Positions 52,431 through 63,455 of a stretch of 64,000 nt of DNA are shown in pieces. The notes under the pieces were generated by a model. The model ran no database searches. It was not told where the DNA came from and saw nothing but the letters and a program-made list of their open reading frames with translations. The stretch is from Octopus sinensis. Its lineage: Eukaryota. The DNA is taken from contig NC_043007.1 in the NCBI RefSeq assembly GCF_006345805.1, positions 10,478,001-10,542,000 on the forward strand, read 5' to 3'. Both the position numbers and the translations under genes were made by a program. How positions within the stretch are numbered: position 1 is the stretch's first letter; the number at the start of each line of letters is the position of its first letter.

Positions 52431-52588
52431 ATCAATTCAACAATGAAATAACGATGATATAATTAAATTATACCATATAGAAAAAACTTAAATATACAAT
52501 AAAATATATACCAATAATTAAGTAAAGTACAAAATAATAAATAAAAAGAATATAATTGGCAAAAACTACATATGTAATTATATATATA

Positions 52589-52642
<54 letters not shown>

Positions 52643-52643
<1 letters not shown>

Positions 52644-52920
52644 TTAGAGACAAAACCACTATTTTGCAAAACAAACAAGGAAAGACTTAATCAATACATA
52701 AAATTTTAATAAATAGTCAAAAAAACCGCCACTACAATCGTTTCTTGTCTTGATCGACAATCTTCAGGTGGATAACTGAATTATTGGAAGTCCACCTGAA
52801 GATTGTCTATCAAGACAAGAAACGATTGTAGTGGCGGTTTTTTTGACTATTTATTAAAATTTTATGTATTGATTAAGTCTTTCCTTGTTTGTTTTGCAAA
52901 ATAGTGGTTTTGTCTCTAAT
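52643..52920. repeat. Palindrome with 130-bp arms carrying mirror hammerheads
   Basis: 52643-52772 pairs with 52791-52920 with 1 mismatch; 18-nt spacer. Confidence 0.95.
52792..52834 (+). ncRNA. Type I hammerhead ribozyme core; mirror at 52729-52771 (minus)
   Basis: ccac-CTGAAGA(52796)-ttgtct atca agacaa-GAAA-C GATT GT-A|gtgg. Confidence 0.75.
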
Positions 52921-53007
52921 AATATTTTATAATATTTTACTATAAAATTGGATTTAATCCTAAATCTGATTTTTTTTCCCTGTAAATTTGGATTTATTCC
53001 CTAATAT

Positions 53008-53051
<44 letters not shown>

Positions 53052-53069
53052 TATATTAAATTAGAGATA

Positions 53070-53198
53070 AAACCACAATTAGGCAAATCAAACAGTGAAA
53101 AACATATGCCAATACATAAAATTAATCTAAAAATCTAAAAGTTAAAAATAAAAAAATTATTAAAATAATTTAAACTTATAAATTTTAAATATATATAT

Positions 53199-53237
<39 letters not shown>

Positions 53238-53596
53238 TGTATGTATATTTCTATATTTATATATTATTTTGTTTATTAATTAATTTATTTATTATTTATT
53301 TTTTTATTTATTTTTTTATATAAATATCAAAAGTATTAAAAGTTATCTTTTATTAAACTTTTAATACTTTTGATATTTATTAAAAAAAAAAAATAAATAA
53401 TAAATTAATTAATTAATAAACAAAATAATATAGAAATATAGAAATATACATATATATATATATTTGTATATATATATTTAAAATTTATAAGTTTAAATTA
53501 TTTTAATAATTTTTTAATTTTTAACTTTTATATTTTAAAATTAATTTTATGTATTGACATATGTTTTTCACTGTTTGATTTGACTCATAGTGGTTT
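53070..53596. repeat. AT-rich imperfect palindrome
   Basis: Arms ~53070-53344 and 53356-53596 around an 11-nt loop. Confidence 0.85.
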
Positions 53597-53876
53597 ATAT
53601 ATATATATATAATATTAGGGAATATTATTCCAAACTTACAAGGAAAAATTCAAGTTAGTAATACTAAATCAAATTTCACAATATATCATATATGTATATA
53701 AATTAGAGAAGAACCACCTATTATCAATTCCACAATGAAATAACGATGATATAATTAAATTATACCATATAGAAAAAAATTAAATATACAATAAAACATA
53801 TACCAATAATTAAGTAAAGTACAAAATAATAAATAAAAAGAATATAATTGGCAAAAACTACATATGTAATTATATA

Positions 53877-53932
<56 letters not shown>

Positions 53933-53935
<3 letters not shown>

Positions 53936-55051
53936 TGATCCCTCGCTACTTCGCGGTTCAACTATCGCGGATTCACGACTTCGCGGGTTTTTAGAATATG
54001 TATATATGAACACCTAAAATTTTTCATTAAATCCTTTAAAATATGTCCTGGCGAACCCGGTTGCTTCTGTGGATGCCGCCCCAGAAGACGAAAATTTTAA
54101 CTTGAAGGTATACTGGCGGTAGTACACAATTGCTACGTGCCTCCGAAATATCTAGAAAACATTGCAAGAAATGAAGCCTCCCACCATTAACGCGAGCTGA
54201 AAAAATTTGTGCTCCGAGGTTATTTACGACGACAAGAGATTTACACCTGCAGAAATCCAACACTCCGCAGTACAGAAAGCTTTGCAGTTGGCTGCGATCA
54301 TTGGAGGTGACGGATTTGCAGACATGACCACGGGAGACGTCGGTACATTATTAGACTGCCACTCTCAGCCGCTAACCGACGCAAACCTCGAAGACTTGAC
54401 GAAGTCGGCCAGCGAAGAAGAAGAAGAAACGCAGCAAGTTGTCGATCAAAGTGGCTTGACTTTGGAACGGCTGGCCAAGCTCTGCAACCTGGCTAAAGAA
54501 TTGAAAGAGGGATCACGGGAATGGGAACAACGATATGGTTCGTTCTGTGCAATTTTGCAACAAGGTCGACGAAGTCATGAATCCCTACAAGATGCTCTTT
54601 GAACAGAAAAAGAAGCAGCGGCAGCAACTTCCTATTACAATGCTTTTGTAGCCTCGCAAACAAGAGCCAGTTCCTGCTGCTACTACTAGGGTTGTACCTT
54701 CGGAAGAATTGGAAGGGGTGTCCCAGGAAAGGGCACCGCCGTCAGCTTCATCATCATCATTTCTACTGCACAGCAAATTCATCACCATTATCATTGAAAT
54801 TTTACTTCAACTTCTTTCGTGTTGAGTACAGTAAAAAATCTTTATTTTTTAAATCTAAAGTGTTATTGCTTAACAGTTGTCCTTGTTATTAATACACTAC
54901 TGTAATGGGGGTGTTGTTAACAGTACAGGGAGGGTTTCAAAAATTCAAATGTACGTTAAATGAATACTGTAAATATGGTGTCCCTACTTCGCGGAAATTC
55001 AGTTATCGCGACCGGTATTGGAACCAATCTACCGCAATAAACGAGGGATCA

Positions 55052-55054
<3 letters not shown>
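53933..55054 (+). mobile_element. Pogo/Tigger-like element, internally deleted
   Basis: TIR CAGTGATCCCTCG, TA TSD; GDGFADMTTGDVGTLLDCHSQPLTDANLEDL is a Tigger-type C-terminus. Confidence 0.85.
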
Positions 55055-55116
<62 letters not shown>

Positions 55117-55236
55117 ATAACGACTGAAATTCTCATTTTTTTATATATACGTTGTTATATATATTTGTTTTACTCTTACTTGAAAAAGTCGAAAAGACTA
55201 ACCGTTACAAAATGTAGTTGTAGTAGTAGTAGTAGT

Positions 55237-55305
<69 letters not shown>

Positions 55306-55615
55306 TTCACTTTCAGTATTAAACTACTGCGTAGAAAGATATGCGTGTACATATGTTTGTGTGTGTATGTGTGATTGAATAAATGTAATTACACGTATAC
55401 ATGTGAATGAGTAGTGTGTGTGTGTGTGTGTATGTGTATGAGTGGGTGAGATAGAGAGAGAGAGAGGGCGAGGGTGAGAGTTGGTGTTTTTGTGTCTCTG
55501 TGTCTATGTGGAGGTGAGTGAGTGTGGAAGTGTAAAGCAAACATTCTCTACTTCTCGTGTTTCTAAAGTGGCACAATGAAATGATATGTTTTAAAAGTAG
55601 AAAAATGCATTAAAA

Positions 55616-56015
55616 TCTATATATATATAAAACTGAAATTGTCTGTATATGGCAGGTTTGGCAGCCTTCAACTAACACTATCTCCTCCGAGACCCTGCGG
55701 TGCAAGTTGACCAAAATTGAGAGTATGATAGAAGAAGGCTTGCTCTTCCTTCCGTAGAAGAAAAAATTCAAATCGGACCATGTTAACACCAAAAATTATT
55801 TACATCAAAAAGGTGGGTTTTTTTCTATGAAAATCCATATTTTTTTACGATTTTTTGACTGCTGTGTTGCCATTTTTCGGTGTATTTCAACCAGAAAAGT
55901 GTTCACTTAAAGAGAATAACAAGCTACATAATGCAAAATTTTTACTTTTCAAAAATTCCACTTCTAAAGGGTCGAAAAGAAAACAAACCCGAGCAACGCT
56001 GGGCTCTACTGCTAG
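55616..56015 (+). mobile_element. Non-autonomous Helitron
   Basis: A|TCTATATATA start, CCCGAGCAACGCTGGG hairpin, CTAG|T end. Confidence 0.8.
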
Positions 56016-56325
56016 TACATGTTAAAACGAAATCTTTTACAAGATTAAATGCAAATATTTCCGAGTTGAGAAAATAGCGTTCAATTTATGTTAAGATTAT
56101 TGTTTTTACTATTGTTAACCTTTGAATCTTTCGGTAGTTTCAACATTCTCATCATTTTTAACTTTAACGAAGTTACATTTCAATTCTTACAATGTTTCAC
56201 TGCTTTATTATTGATTCGTTATTTTTTTATTTGTTTCTTGATATTGTTCTTTTTTTTTGTCTTTGTTTCTTCATATTGTTCTTTTTTTTTTTGTCTTTGT
56301 TTGATTTTTTATTTCCTAGTTTTCA

Positions 56326-57549
56326 TTAATTGGTCTTAAGGCTTCCTTCTTTTTGGACTTCCACCTTTTTTTCAAAACAGTGACAGATTTCCATTTGAAA
56401 TTTGCTTGGCAGCAAAAGCCTCTCGTCTAATTCTTCTTGACTATACGTGAATGATTCGGTTTCATCTTTTCTATAAAATGGTATCTTCTCTAATGGGTTT
56501 TCGCTTCCAGCTCCAAAATCAAAAACAGCTTTACAGAATATTTTCTCATGTTTTCCGTCCTGGTCATTTTCATCTTCATTTGTGCCTTTGTATTTATAAG
56601 ACCGATAGATTATATCCTTCAATTTCTTCCGGGCCTCTTTGAGACTTTCATTATCCTCATTCTTTAATATCTCCTCCAAAATACTATCTGTAAAATAAGT
56701 AAACTCCTTCATATCGTCGACCTTTTCGAAAATTTGTAGTTGTTCATTGGCAGAGTTGAAAACTTTATCAAGTAGTTTATTAAAAAGAAGAGCAGTTTTG
56801 TGTTTGCAAGCAGTTTTATGTTGTCGATATCGTGCATAAAACATATCATAGAAATTATCAAGACATTTGTCTCTGTAGCATATTTGATCACCTATTACTT
56901 TGGACATTTTCATCATTCTTTCGTGATCAAAGGATTTTCCAAAACCAAGAAAATGGGAATCTCTAGCTAGGTAATCCCATTTATCAACGTCGATGTTATA
57001 GGATTTATTGTTGATGATTTGGTAAAGAAATTTTGGTCTCTGAGATTTTTCTGGTTTACCAGTAATGAGATCTTTTATGAAATCAATTTCATTACGCTCA
57101 ACTTTAATATCTTCGTTCTCTTTAAAAAGATGCTCCAACATTTCACATGATGCATCTTCATGTTCCCACTCTTCACCTCCAGCTTTCTTGCGATACTCGT
57201 TGATAATTTCTTGAAAGACATGAGAAAAAGGCGCATGTCCTAAATCATGACATAAACCAGCAATTTCAACACAAAGCATATCTCGATCAGATATTTCCAG
57301 ATCGGGATTTTGCTGTTTAAGATGGCGAACCATTTTCCCAGCTAGGTAACACGTTCCTAGACAATGCTCAAATCTATTATGTGAAGCCGATGGATAAACG
57401 TAATTAACCAAACTTAATTGTTTTATATTACGTAATCTCTGAAATTGTGTTGTATTCATAATATCAACACAGAGTGGCGGAAGCTCCATAGATCCATGAA
57501 TAGCGTCCTGAAAAACCTGGTCCCATTTTGTAACACGTGAGTAGGCCAT
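56326..57549 (-). CDS. SAMHD1: SAMHD1-like HD-domain phosphohydrolase, copy A (407 aa, intronless, no SAM domain)
   Basis: DAIHG, TQFQRLRNIKQL, ASHNRFEHCLG, GLCHDLGHAPFSH, IDVDKWDYLARD, NFYDMFYAR and DFG..ENP....FY are collinear with SAMHD1; metal ligands H62/H101/D102/D189 intact. Confidence 0.95.
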   Translation of the reverse strand: MAYSRVTKWDQVFQDAIHGSMELPPLCVDIMNTTQFQRLRNIKQLSLVNYVYPSASHNRFEHCLGTCYLAGKMVRHLKQQNPDLEISDRDMLCVEIAGLCHDLGHAPFSHVFQEIINEYRKKAGGEEWEHEDASCEMLEHLFKENEDIKVERNEIDFIKDLITGKPEKSQRPKFLYQIINNKSYNIDVDKWDYLARDSHFLGFGKSFDHERMMKMSKVIGDQICYRDKCLDNFYDMFYARYRQHKTACKHKTALLFNKLLDKVFNSANEQLQIFEKVDDMKEFTYFTDSILEEILKNEDNESLKEARKKLKDIIYRSYKYKGTNEDENDQDGKHEKIFCKAVFDFGAGSENPLEKIPFYRKDETESFTYSQEELDERLLLPSKFQMEICHCFEKKVEVQKEGSLKTN

Positions 57550-57685
57550 TATTAAATTATCAGGAAAATATCTAACTTACTTTTTGGGTTGCCGTTTATG
57601 TTGCTTTTGTTTTGCTGGTGGTCGTCCTGTTGATGTTGCAGTGTGTGTTGGTTTTGAAAACTGGAGTAGAAATATAAATCAATCA

Positions 57686-57800
57686 GATATGTTCAGTACG
57701 ATATTTCTAATATCTGATTTGAAAGATCTCAGTCATATTGGCATTTGGATGTCGGAATGCCTCAAATAATGTAACGGATCCAAATGTGTCTCCGTGGTTG
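57686..57800 (-). promoter_or_regulatory. Conserved upstream blocks shared by both SAMHD1-like genes
   Basis: TTAGAAATATCGTACTGAACA (57690-57710 / 62060-62080) and CAACCACGGAGACAC (57786-57800 / 61970-61984) are identical in both copies. Confidence 0.5.
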
Positions 57801-57975
57801 GAAGCAAGACAATGGAATAAACAATGTTGCTATGTCAAAAGTTTATTTAAAAGTAAACCCAACAACCGTCACTAACAACACCACCACTGCCACCATCACC
57901 ACCACTATCACCACCACTGTTAATACTAAACAGCAGTAAAAATCAGTGACTGTGAAACTAAAAATGAAACTTGTA

Positions 57976-58160
<185 letters not shown>

Positions 58161-58587
58161 TTTGCGCAGTTTATATCTTAAGTCAGAAACTGAAAGTGCT
58201 GTTAATGGTAGCTCAGGATCAATCTCTACTCATGAACTGTTTAGCAAATGTTCACCACAATGTGCTGAGTCAAACTGGAGATTACGTGATAATAGCCTAC
58301 AGTACTGAAATCATCGACAGCATTGTGGTTGTCTGCTCGAAACACGCAACAAACGAATACAAAACTGGACATGACTGAATAAGTCAGTAACTACATTAGA
58401 ACATCTGTCGTCATTATTACATTCCCCTGCCTAAATACTGGTATGAATACCACCCGAAACCTATCACAGATACTATCATCAGCTACTATTCTGTTGGACT
58501 TTACCATCCGTACTGGTAGATAGATGCCGATTGAACTTGGTATAGTTTTGAAGCTGTAAGTTAAACTTGTACACTACTACTACTAAA

Positions 58588-58639
<52 letters not shown>

Positions 58640-58649
58640 GTAGTAGTAG

Positions 58650-59770
58650 TATTTTCAGCCTTCTATTTCAATTTGTTTTATCATTTCTCTTTTAGGTAAT
58701 GCTGTCCCTGCTAGGAATAGTACCTTGCTTCTTTCTAGGTACTTTATAGTACACTTCTAGAATCTGAATTCCATTCTAATGTCAGCGCTAAAACAGTGAA
58801 CTGTGTTTACTACGGAACTGACTTTTGCCTCATCCATTTTATACACCTTCAAATCGTCCATGAAGAGGAAGTGATTGATTGTTTGAGATTTTCCATTTAG
58901 CTGATATCCAAGGTTCATTTTCCTAAGTACCAGGGCCAGAGGAATCATGCAGAAAACAAAAAGCAATAGAGATAAGCTATCTCCCTGAAAAAATTCCTCT
59001 TCTGATTCCCAGACTGCCCAAGCTTTTTCCGTAGGCTGTCGACTCAGTTTTCCACCCAACCATACTTCTCTTCAGAAAATATGTTACATTCCTCGCAGTT
59101 CCAAACAGATTCAAGCATAATCCATGAATGTGGAAACATGTCATAAGCTTTGCTATCGTCAATCCAGGCCATTCCCAAATTCGTTCTCCTTCCTTTACAA
59201 TCTTGCATTACCATTTTGTCTATCAATGATTGGTCTTTGGTACCTCTACAACTCCTTCTACAACCCTTTTTGTTCCGTTGGTAACATATTGTTCTCATCA
59301 AGAAATGTGCACAGTTCTTCTCAAATTCCTCCTGACAGTAACTTTCACATTAATGGCAGGCAAGGAAATTGGCTTGTGGTTGTCAGCAGCATTTATATTT
59401 AATGCATCCAGGCACAACACAATCCATCCTTTTGTCAACTAACCCGAGATTTTTTCTCCATCGATCAATGCATTAAATTGCACTGCGATCACTTTATGGA
59501 ACCTACTGATCTTTTATTCATCGAAATCCCAGTACATCAAGCCCTGGGCTTATCTTTTTACTCTTCTGTGAAGTGGATAGCCTCTTGCTGAGGATAAGTT
59601 GTTTGCTTTCGGCTGCAGAGCCCATTCAGATGGAGTATTATGTTGTTCTTGCTTACTCCATCTCTTACCCTAGAACTATCGACTTACATCATCATCAGGA
59701 ACTAATCTTTCACGTTCTATAAGTTCTACTGGGCACTCTGTTCTAATTTCCCTTATATTCCTATTGAAGC
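58650..59770 (-). mobile_element. R4/Dong-clade LINE RT core relic
   Basis: DQSLIDKMV...WID, FQGDSLSLLLF, HFLFMDDLK, MEF. Confidence 0.85.
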
Positions 59771-59789
59771 CTTCTGATACTGTTCCCCA

Positions 59790-60760
59790 AGGACCCAACA
59801 ATAACTAGCACTATCTTCATCTTCATTTTCCATAGCCGGGCTATTTCTTACTTAAGAGGGTTGTATCTGGCTATCTTTTCATCTTGCTTTTTGACTATTC
59901 GTGGGTCAAAGCGGCATCCAACATCAACTATATAGCACACGTGGTACATCTTGTCCACCACAACTAGGTCCGGTCTGTTATGCTCTAGCACCTGATCTGT
60001 TTGGACTGGGAAATCCCAGAGGATTTTGCTAGTCTCCGACTCCGCCACGCTCTGTGCTTTGTTCTCATACAACGCCTTGCCTCTTTCTAACCTCTGCCTT
60101 TCGCACAGTTTTTAATGTAGCACTTTCGCTACCTAGTTGTTTTGCTACAAATTGTAGTGTTTTGGGGCAAGTGCAGGGCATTCGTTCGTAATATGGGCAA
60201 TGGTTTCATCCACTCTATTGCAGATGTGACACAGCGGAAACACTTGTTCATTCCTAAAGTTGACCCTCCAGTTCGTGACCTACGCTTGGTCTTGCACTGC
60301 CAGTATAGTGTTTTCGGTCTCTTTTTTTTTTTTAGGGTTCCTTTCATCAGCCAATCTCACCTATTTTTCCAGCAACTTCTGTTGTGGCTACATAGAATTG
60401 ATTGTGTATTTCCTTCTTACGTAATTCTTCTTCATGTCCTTTCTGTACTTCTTCCTCTGTTTTCATTTTTTTTTCTGCTCTCAATACTCTCTCATTCCTA
60501 ACTGTCACTAGCAAGGTTTCCTTACTTTGGGCTAGGTATTTCTTTAAGTTCCCGAGTTCGATACGCACGCAATCTTCCACTCTTATCACTCCCCTTCCTC
60601 CATTTGCTCTCTTCATGTATAGGCGATCAGTAACTGCACGTAGATGATGGGCTCTATGCAACGTTAGAGGCTTTCTTGACTTCCTGTCCATCTCCTTTAG
60701 CTCCTCTTCTGTCCACTTTAGGATACGAACTACTGCGACTGCGTGCGAGTTTATTGTGAA
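59790..60760 (-). mobile_element. R4/Dong-clade LINE 3' part (thumb, CCHC finger, RLE endonuclease)
   Basis: INSHAV...MDRKSRK...DRLYMKRANGGRG; ILWDFPVQTD...HNRPDLVVVDK...IVDV. Confidence 0.85.
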
Positions 60761-60806
60761 ATTATGTTGCCGAAATTGTGTTTCCTTTCCTTGCTTCCTG
60801 GCCAGT

Positions 60807-61450
60807 ATGTCGGGTTTAAAATTAGGTTGTATAAATGTACGTGGCCTGGTGTTGTCGTAGAAGCAAGGACGCTCGTGCAACATACAGGTGGTTAAACCTG
60901 GATGTAATAGCCGTCAGTGAGACCAGGATCGCGGGCACATAGGCCTTGGATCCCATTTTCGATGACTTCGAGATTTTCGCATCTCTTAGTCGACTGGAAA
61001 TGGTAGGGGGCAGTGTCGTTCAGAAAAGGCCAGGATCTCGAGATACGGTCGATCTTTCTGGATCCGGAAGATAAGACGCTGGTCCGGGATATGAACGATA
61101 ACGAAGGCAGTCCTTTTAGACTGGTCGCAGTGTACTCACCGACTGGAGTCGGGCAGCCGGCGTTCTTCAGACCTTTGTAAGAACGACTCGCTCTTTAGTG
61201 TTAGTGGGCGATTGGAATGCTATATTGGAGGCACATTTGGATTGGGTGGGGATAGTGGATGGGAATGTAGGGTGCGCAAGCCTCGCAAACCTGCGCAGTC
61301 GTTTCAAGCTGGCGGACAGGTTCAGATTCGATTTCCCGAATACTCCAGTGTGGACATGGGGAAATTGTGTCGAGAGATCCATATCATATCTAGATAGGGT
61401 ATGTGATAGACCAGCAGATAGGAATACCATAGGTTATCCACAAATTGAAT
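60807..61450 (+). mobile_element. Tx1/L1-like APE endonuclease relic
   Basis: MSGLKLGCINVRGL, DVIAVSET, RLVAVYSP, LVGDWNA, TPVWTW and SYLDRV, with frameshifts. Confidence 0.8.
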
Positions 61451-61480
61451 TCCTCGAATAGTAGCAGTAGAAGAAGAAGA

Positions 61481-61525
<45 letters not shown>

Positions 61526-61541
61526 TGTGGTGGTGGTGGTG

Positions 61542-61573
<32 letters not shown>

Positions 61574-61698
61574 GGTGGTAGTAGTAGTAGTAGTAGTGTA
61601 GTAGTAGTAGTAGTAGTAGTAGTAGTATCATATAACTTTCACTTTGAATTTCACATCCGCACTCAAGGTTTACTATAGAATAGTATCAGCAGCAATAA

Positions 61699-61735
<37 letters not shown>

Positions 61736-61739
61736 GGTG

Positions 61740-61790
<51 letters not shown>

Positions 61791-61825
61791 TGGTGGTAGT
61801 GGTGGTGGTGGTAGTAGTAGTAGCG

Positions 61826-61867
<42 letters not shown>

Positions 61868-62213
61868 CTGTTTTTTATGGTGGTGAAGTGGTGGTGGTGT
61901 GAGGAGGTTGTGTTTATTTTTGAGCCATCATTTGATATAGCAACACCGTTTATTTTCTTGTATTGCTATCAACCACGGAGACACTTTTTGATGACTTATG
62001 TTATTTCAGACATCAGACGTCTAAATGCCAATGGAACTGAGATCTTTTCGAATCAAATGTTAGAAATATCGTACTGAACACGTCTGTATAATTGTTATTT
62101 TTTCTCCATATTTCAAAACCACACGCACAACGACAACGAGGCCACAAGCAGCAGCAACAACAATATATAAAACAACTAAAAAGTAAGTTAGATACTTTCC
62201 TGATAATTTCATA

Positions 62214-63455
62214 ATGTCCTACTCACGCAGTACATATTGGGATCAGGTTTTTCAGGACGCTATTCATGGAGCTATGACGCTCCCATCACTCTGTGTAGAT
62301 ATTATGAATACAACTCAATTCCAGAGATTGCGTAATATCAAACAATTAGGTTTGGTTTATTACGTTTATCCATCAGCTTCACATAACAGATTTGAGCATT
62401 GTTTGGGGACATGTCATCTTGCTGGCAAAATGATTCGCCATCTTAAGCAGCAAGATCCCGATCTGCCAATATCTGATCGAGATATGCTTTGTGTTGAAAT
62501 TGCTGCTTTGTGTCATAATTTAGGACATGGTCCCTTCTCTTACGCCTTTCAAAAAATTATCAACCAACATCGAGAGGAAAATGGAGGTGAAAAGTGGGAA
62601 AATAAAAATGCAACGTGCAAAATGCTGGATCATCTTCTTGAAAAAAACCCACATATTAACGAAGAACTTAAGTCTGATGAGATTGATTTCATAAAAGATA
62701 TTATAATTGGTGAAACAAGAAATTCTCAGAAGCCAAAATTCTTTTACCAAATTGTCAACAATACAGGCTATAAAATCGACGTTAATCAATGGGATTACCT
62801 GGCAAGGGATTCCCATTTTCTTGGCATTGGAAAATCCTTTGATCACGGAAGGATATTGAAAACGTCCAAAGTAATTGATGGTGAAATATGCTACAGAGAC
62901 AAAACTCTTGTTAATTTCTATGATATGTTTTATTCCCGATATCGATTACATAAAGCAGCTTACCAACACAAAACTGTTCTCTTGTTTAATAAACTACTTG
63001 GCGAGGCCTTCAGATCCGCAGATAAACACATGAAAATTTTCGAAAAGGTCGATGATATGAAGAAATTTACTTATTTTACAGATAGTATTTTGGAGGAGAT
63101 ATTAAAGAATGAGAATAATGAAGGTCTCAAAGAAGCTCAGAGCAAATTGGAGAGTATGTTTTACCGGTGTTATAAATACAGAGGTACAGACAAAGATGGA
63201 AATAACCGAGACGGAGACCAAGAGAAAATATTCTGTGAAGCCAATTTGGATTATGGAGCTGGAGAGGAAAACCCATTGGAGAAAATACCATTTTATAAAA
63301 AAGGTGAGAAGAAATCCTTCAAGTATAATCAAAAGGGATTAGAAGACAGGCTTTTGCTGCCAAAAAAATTTCATTTGAAAATCCGTCATTGTTTTGAAAA
63401 GAAAGTGAATAACAAAAATGAAGGAAGTAAGAAGAAAAAAGAAAGTGATTTTTAA
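62214..63455 (+). CDS. SAMHD1: SAMHD1-like copy B (413 aa, intronless), predicted pseudoenzyme
   Basis: Roughly 70% identical to copy A by eye; motifs read ALCHNLGHGPFSY, WENKNA and IDVNQWDY instead of HD, SH, HE and DVDK. Confidence 0.95.
   Translation: MSYSRSTYWDQVFQDAIHGAMTLPSLCVDIMNTTQFQRLRNIKQLGLVYYVYPSASHNRFEHCLGTCHLAGKMIRHLKQQDPDLPISDRDMLCVEIAALCHNLGHGPFSYAFQKIINQHREENGGEKWENKNATCKMLDHLLEKNPHINEELKSDEIDFIKDIIIGETRNSQKPKFFYQIVNNTGYKIDVNQWDYLARDSHFLGIGKSFDHGRILKTSKVIDGEICYRDKTLVNFYDMFYSRYRLHKAAYQHKTVLLFNKLLGEAFRSADKHMKIFEKVDDMKKFTYFTDSILEEILKNENNEGLKEAQSKLESMFYRCYKYRGTDKDGNNRDGDQEKIFCEANLDYGAGEENPLEKIPFYKKGEKKSFKYNQKGLEDRLLLPKKFHLKIRHCFEKKVNNKNEGSKKKKESDF

Noticed and set aside
54207-54602. 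131-aa ORF as a host gene
   Set aside because: It lies inside the TIR-bounded Tigger-like element and matches a transposase C-terminus.
55616-56015. Helitron capture of SAMHD1-like copy A
   Set aside because: The Helitron has both its own termini and the gene lies outside its 3' CTAG; copy B has no such neighbour within the window.
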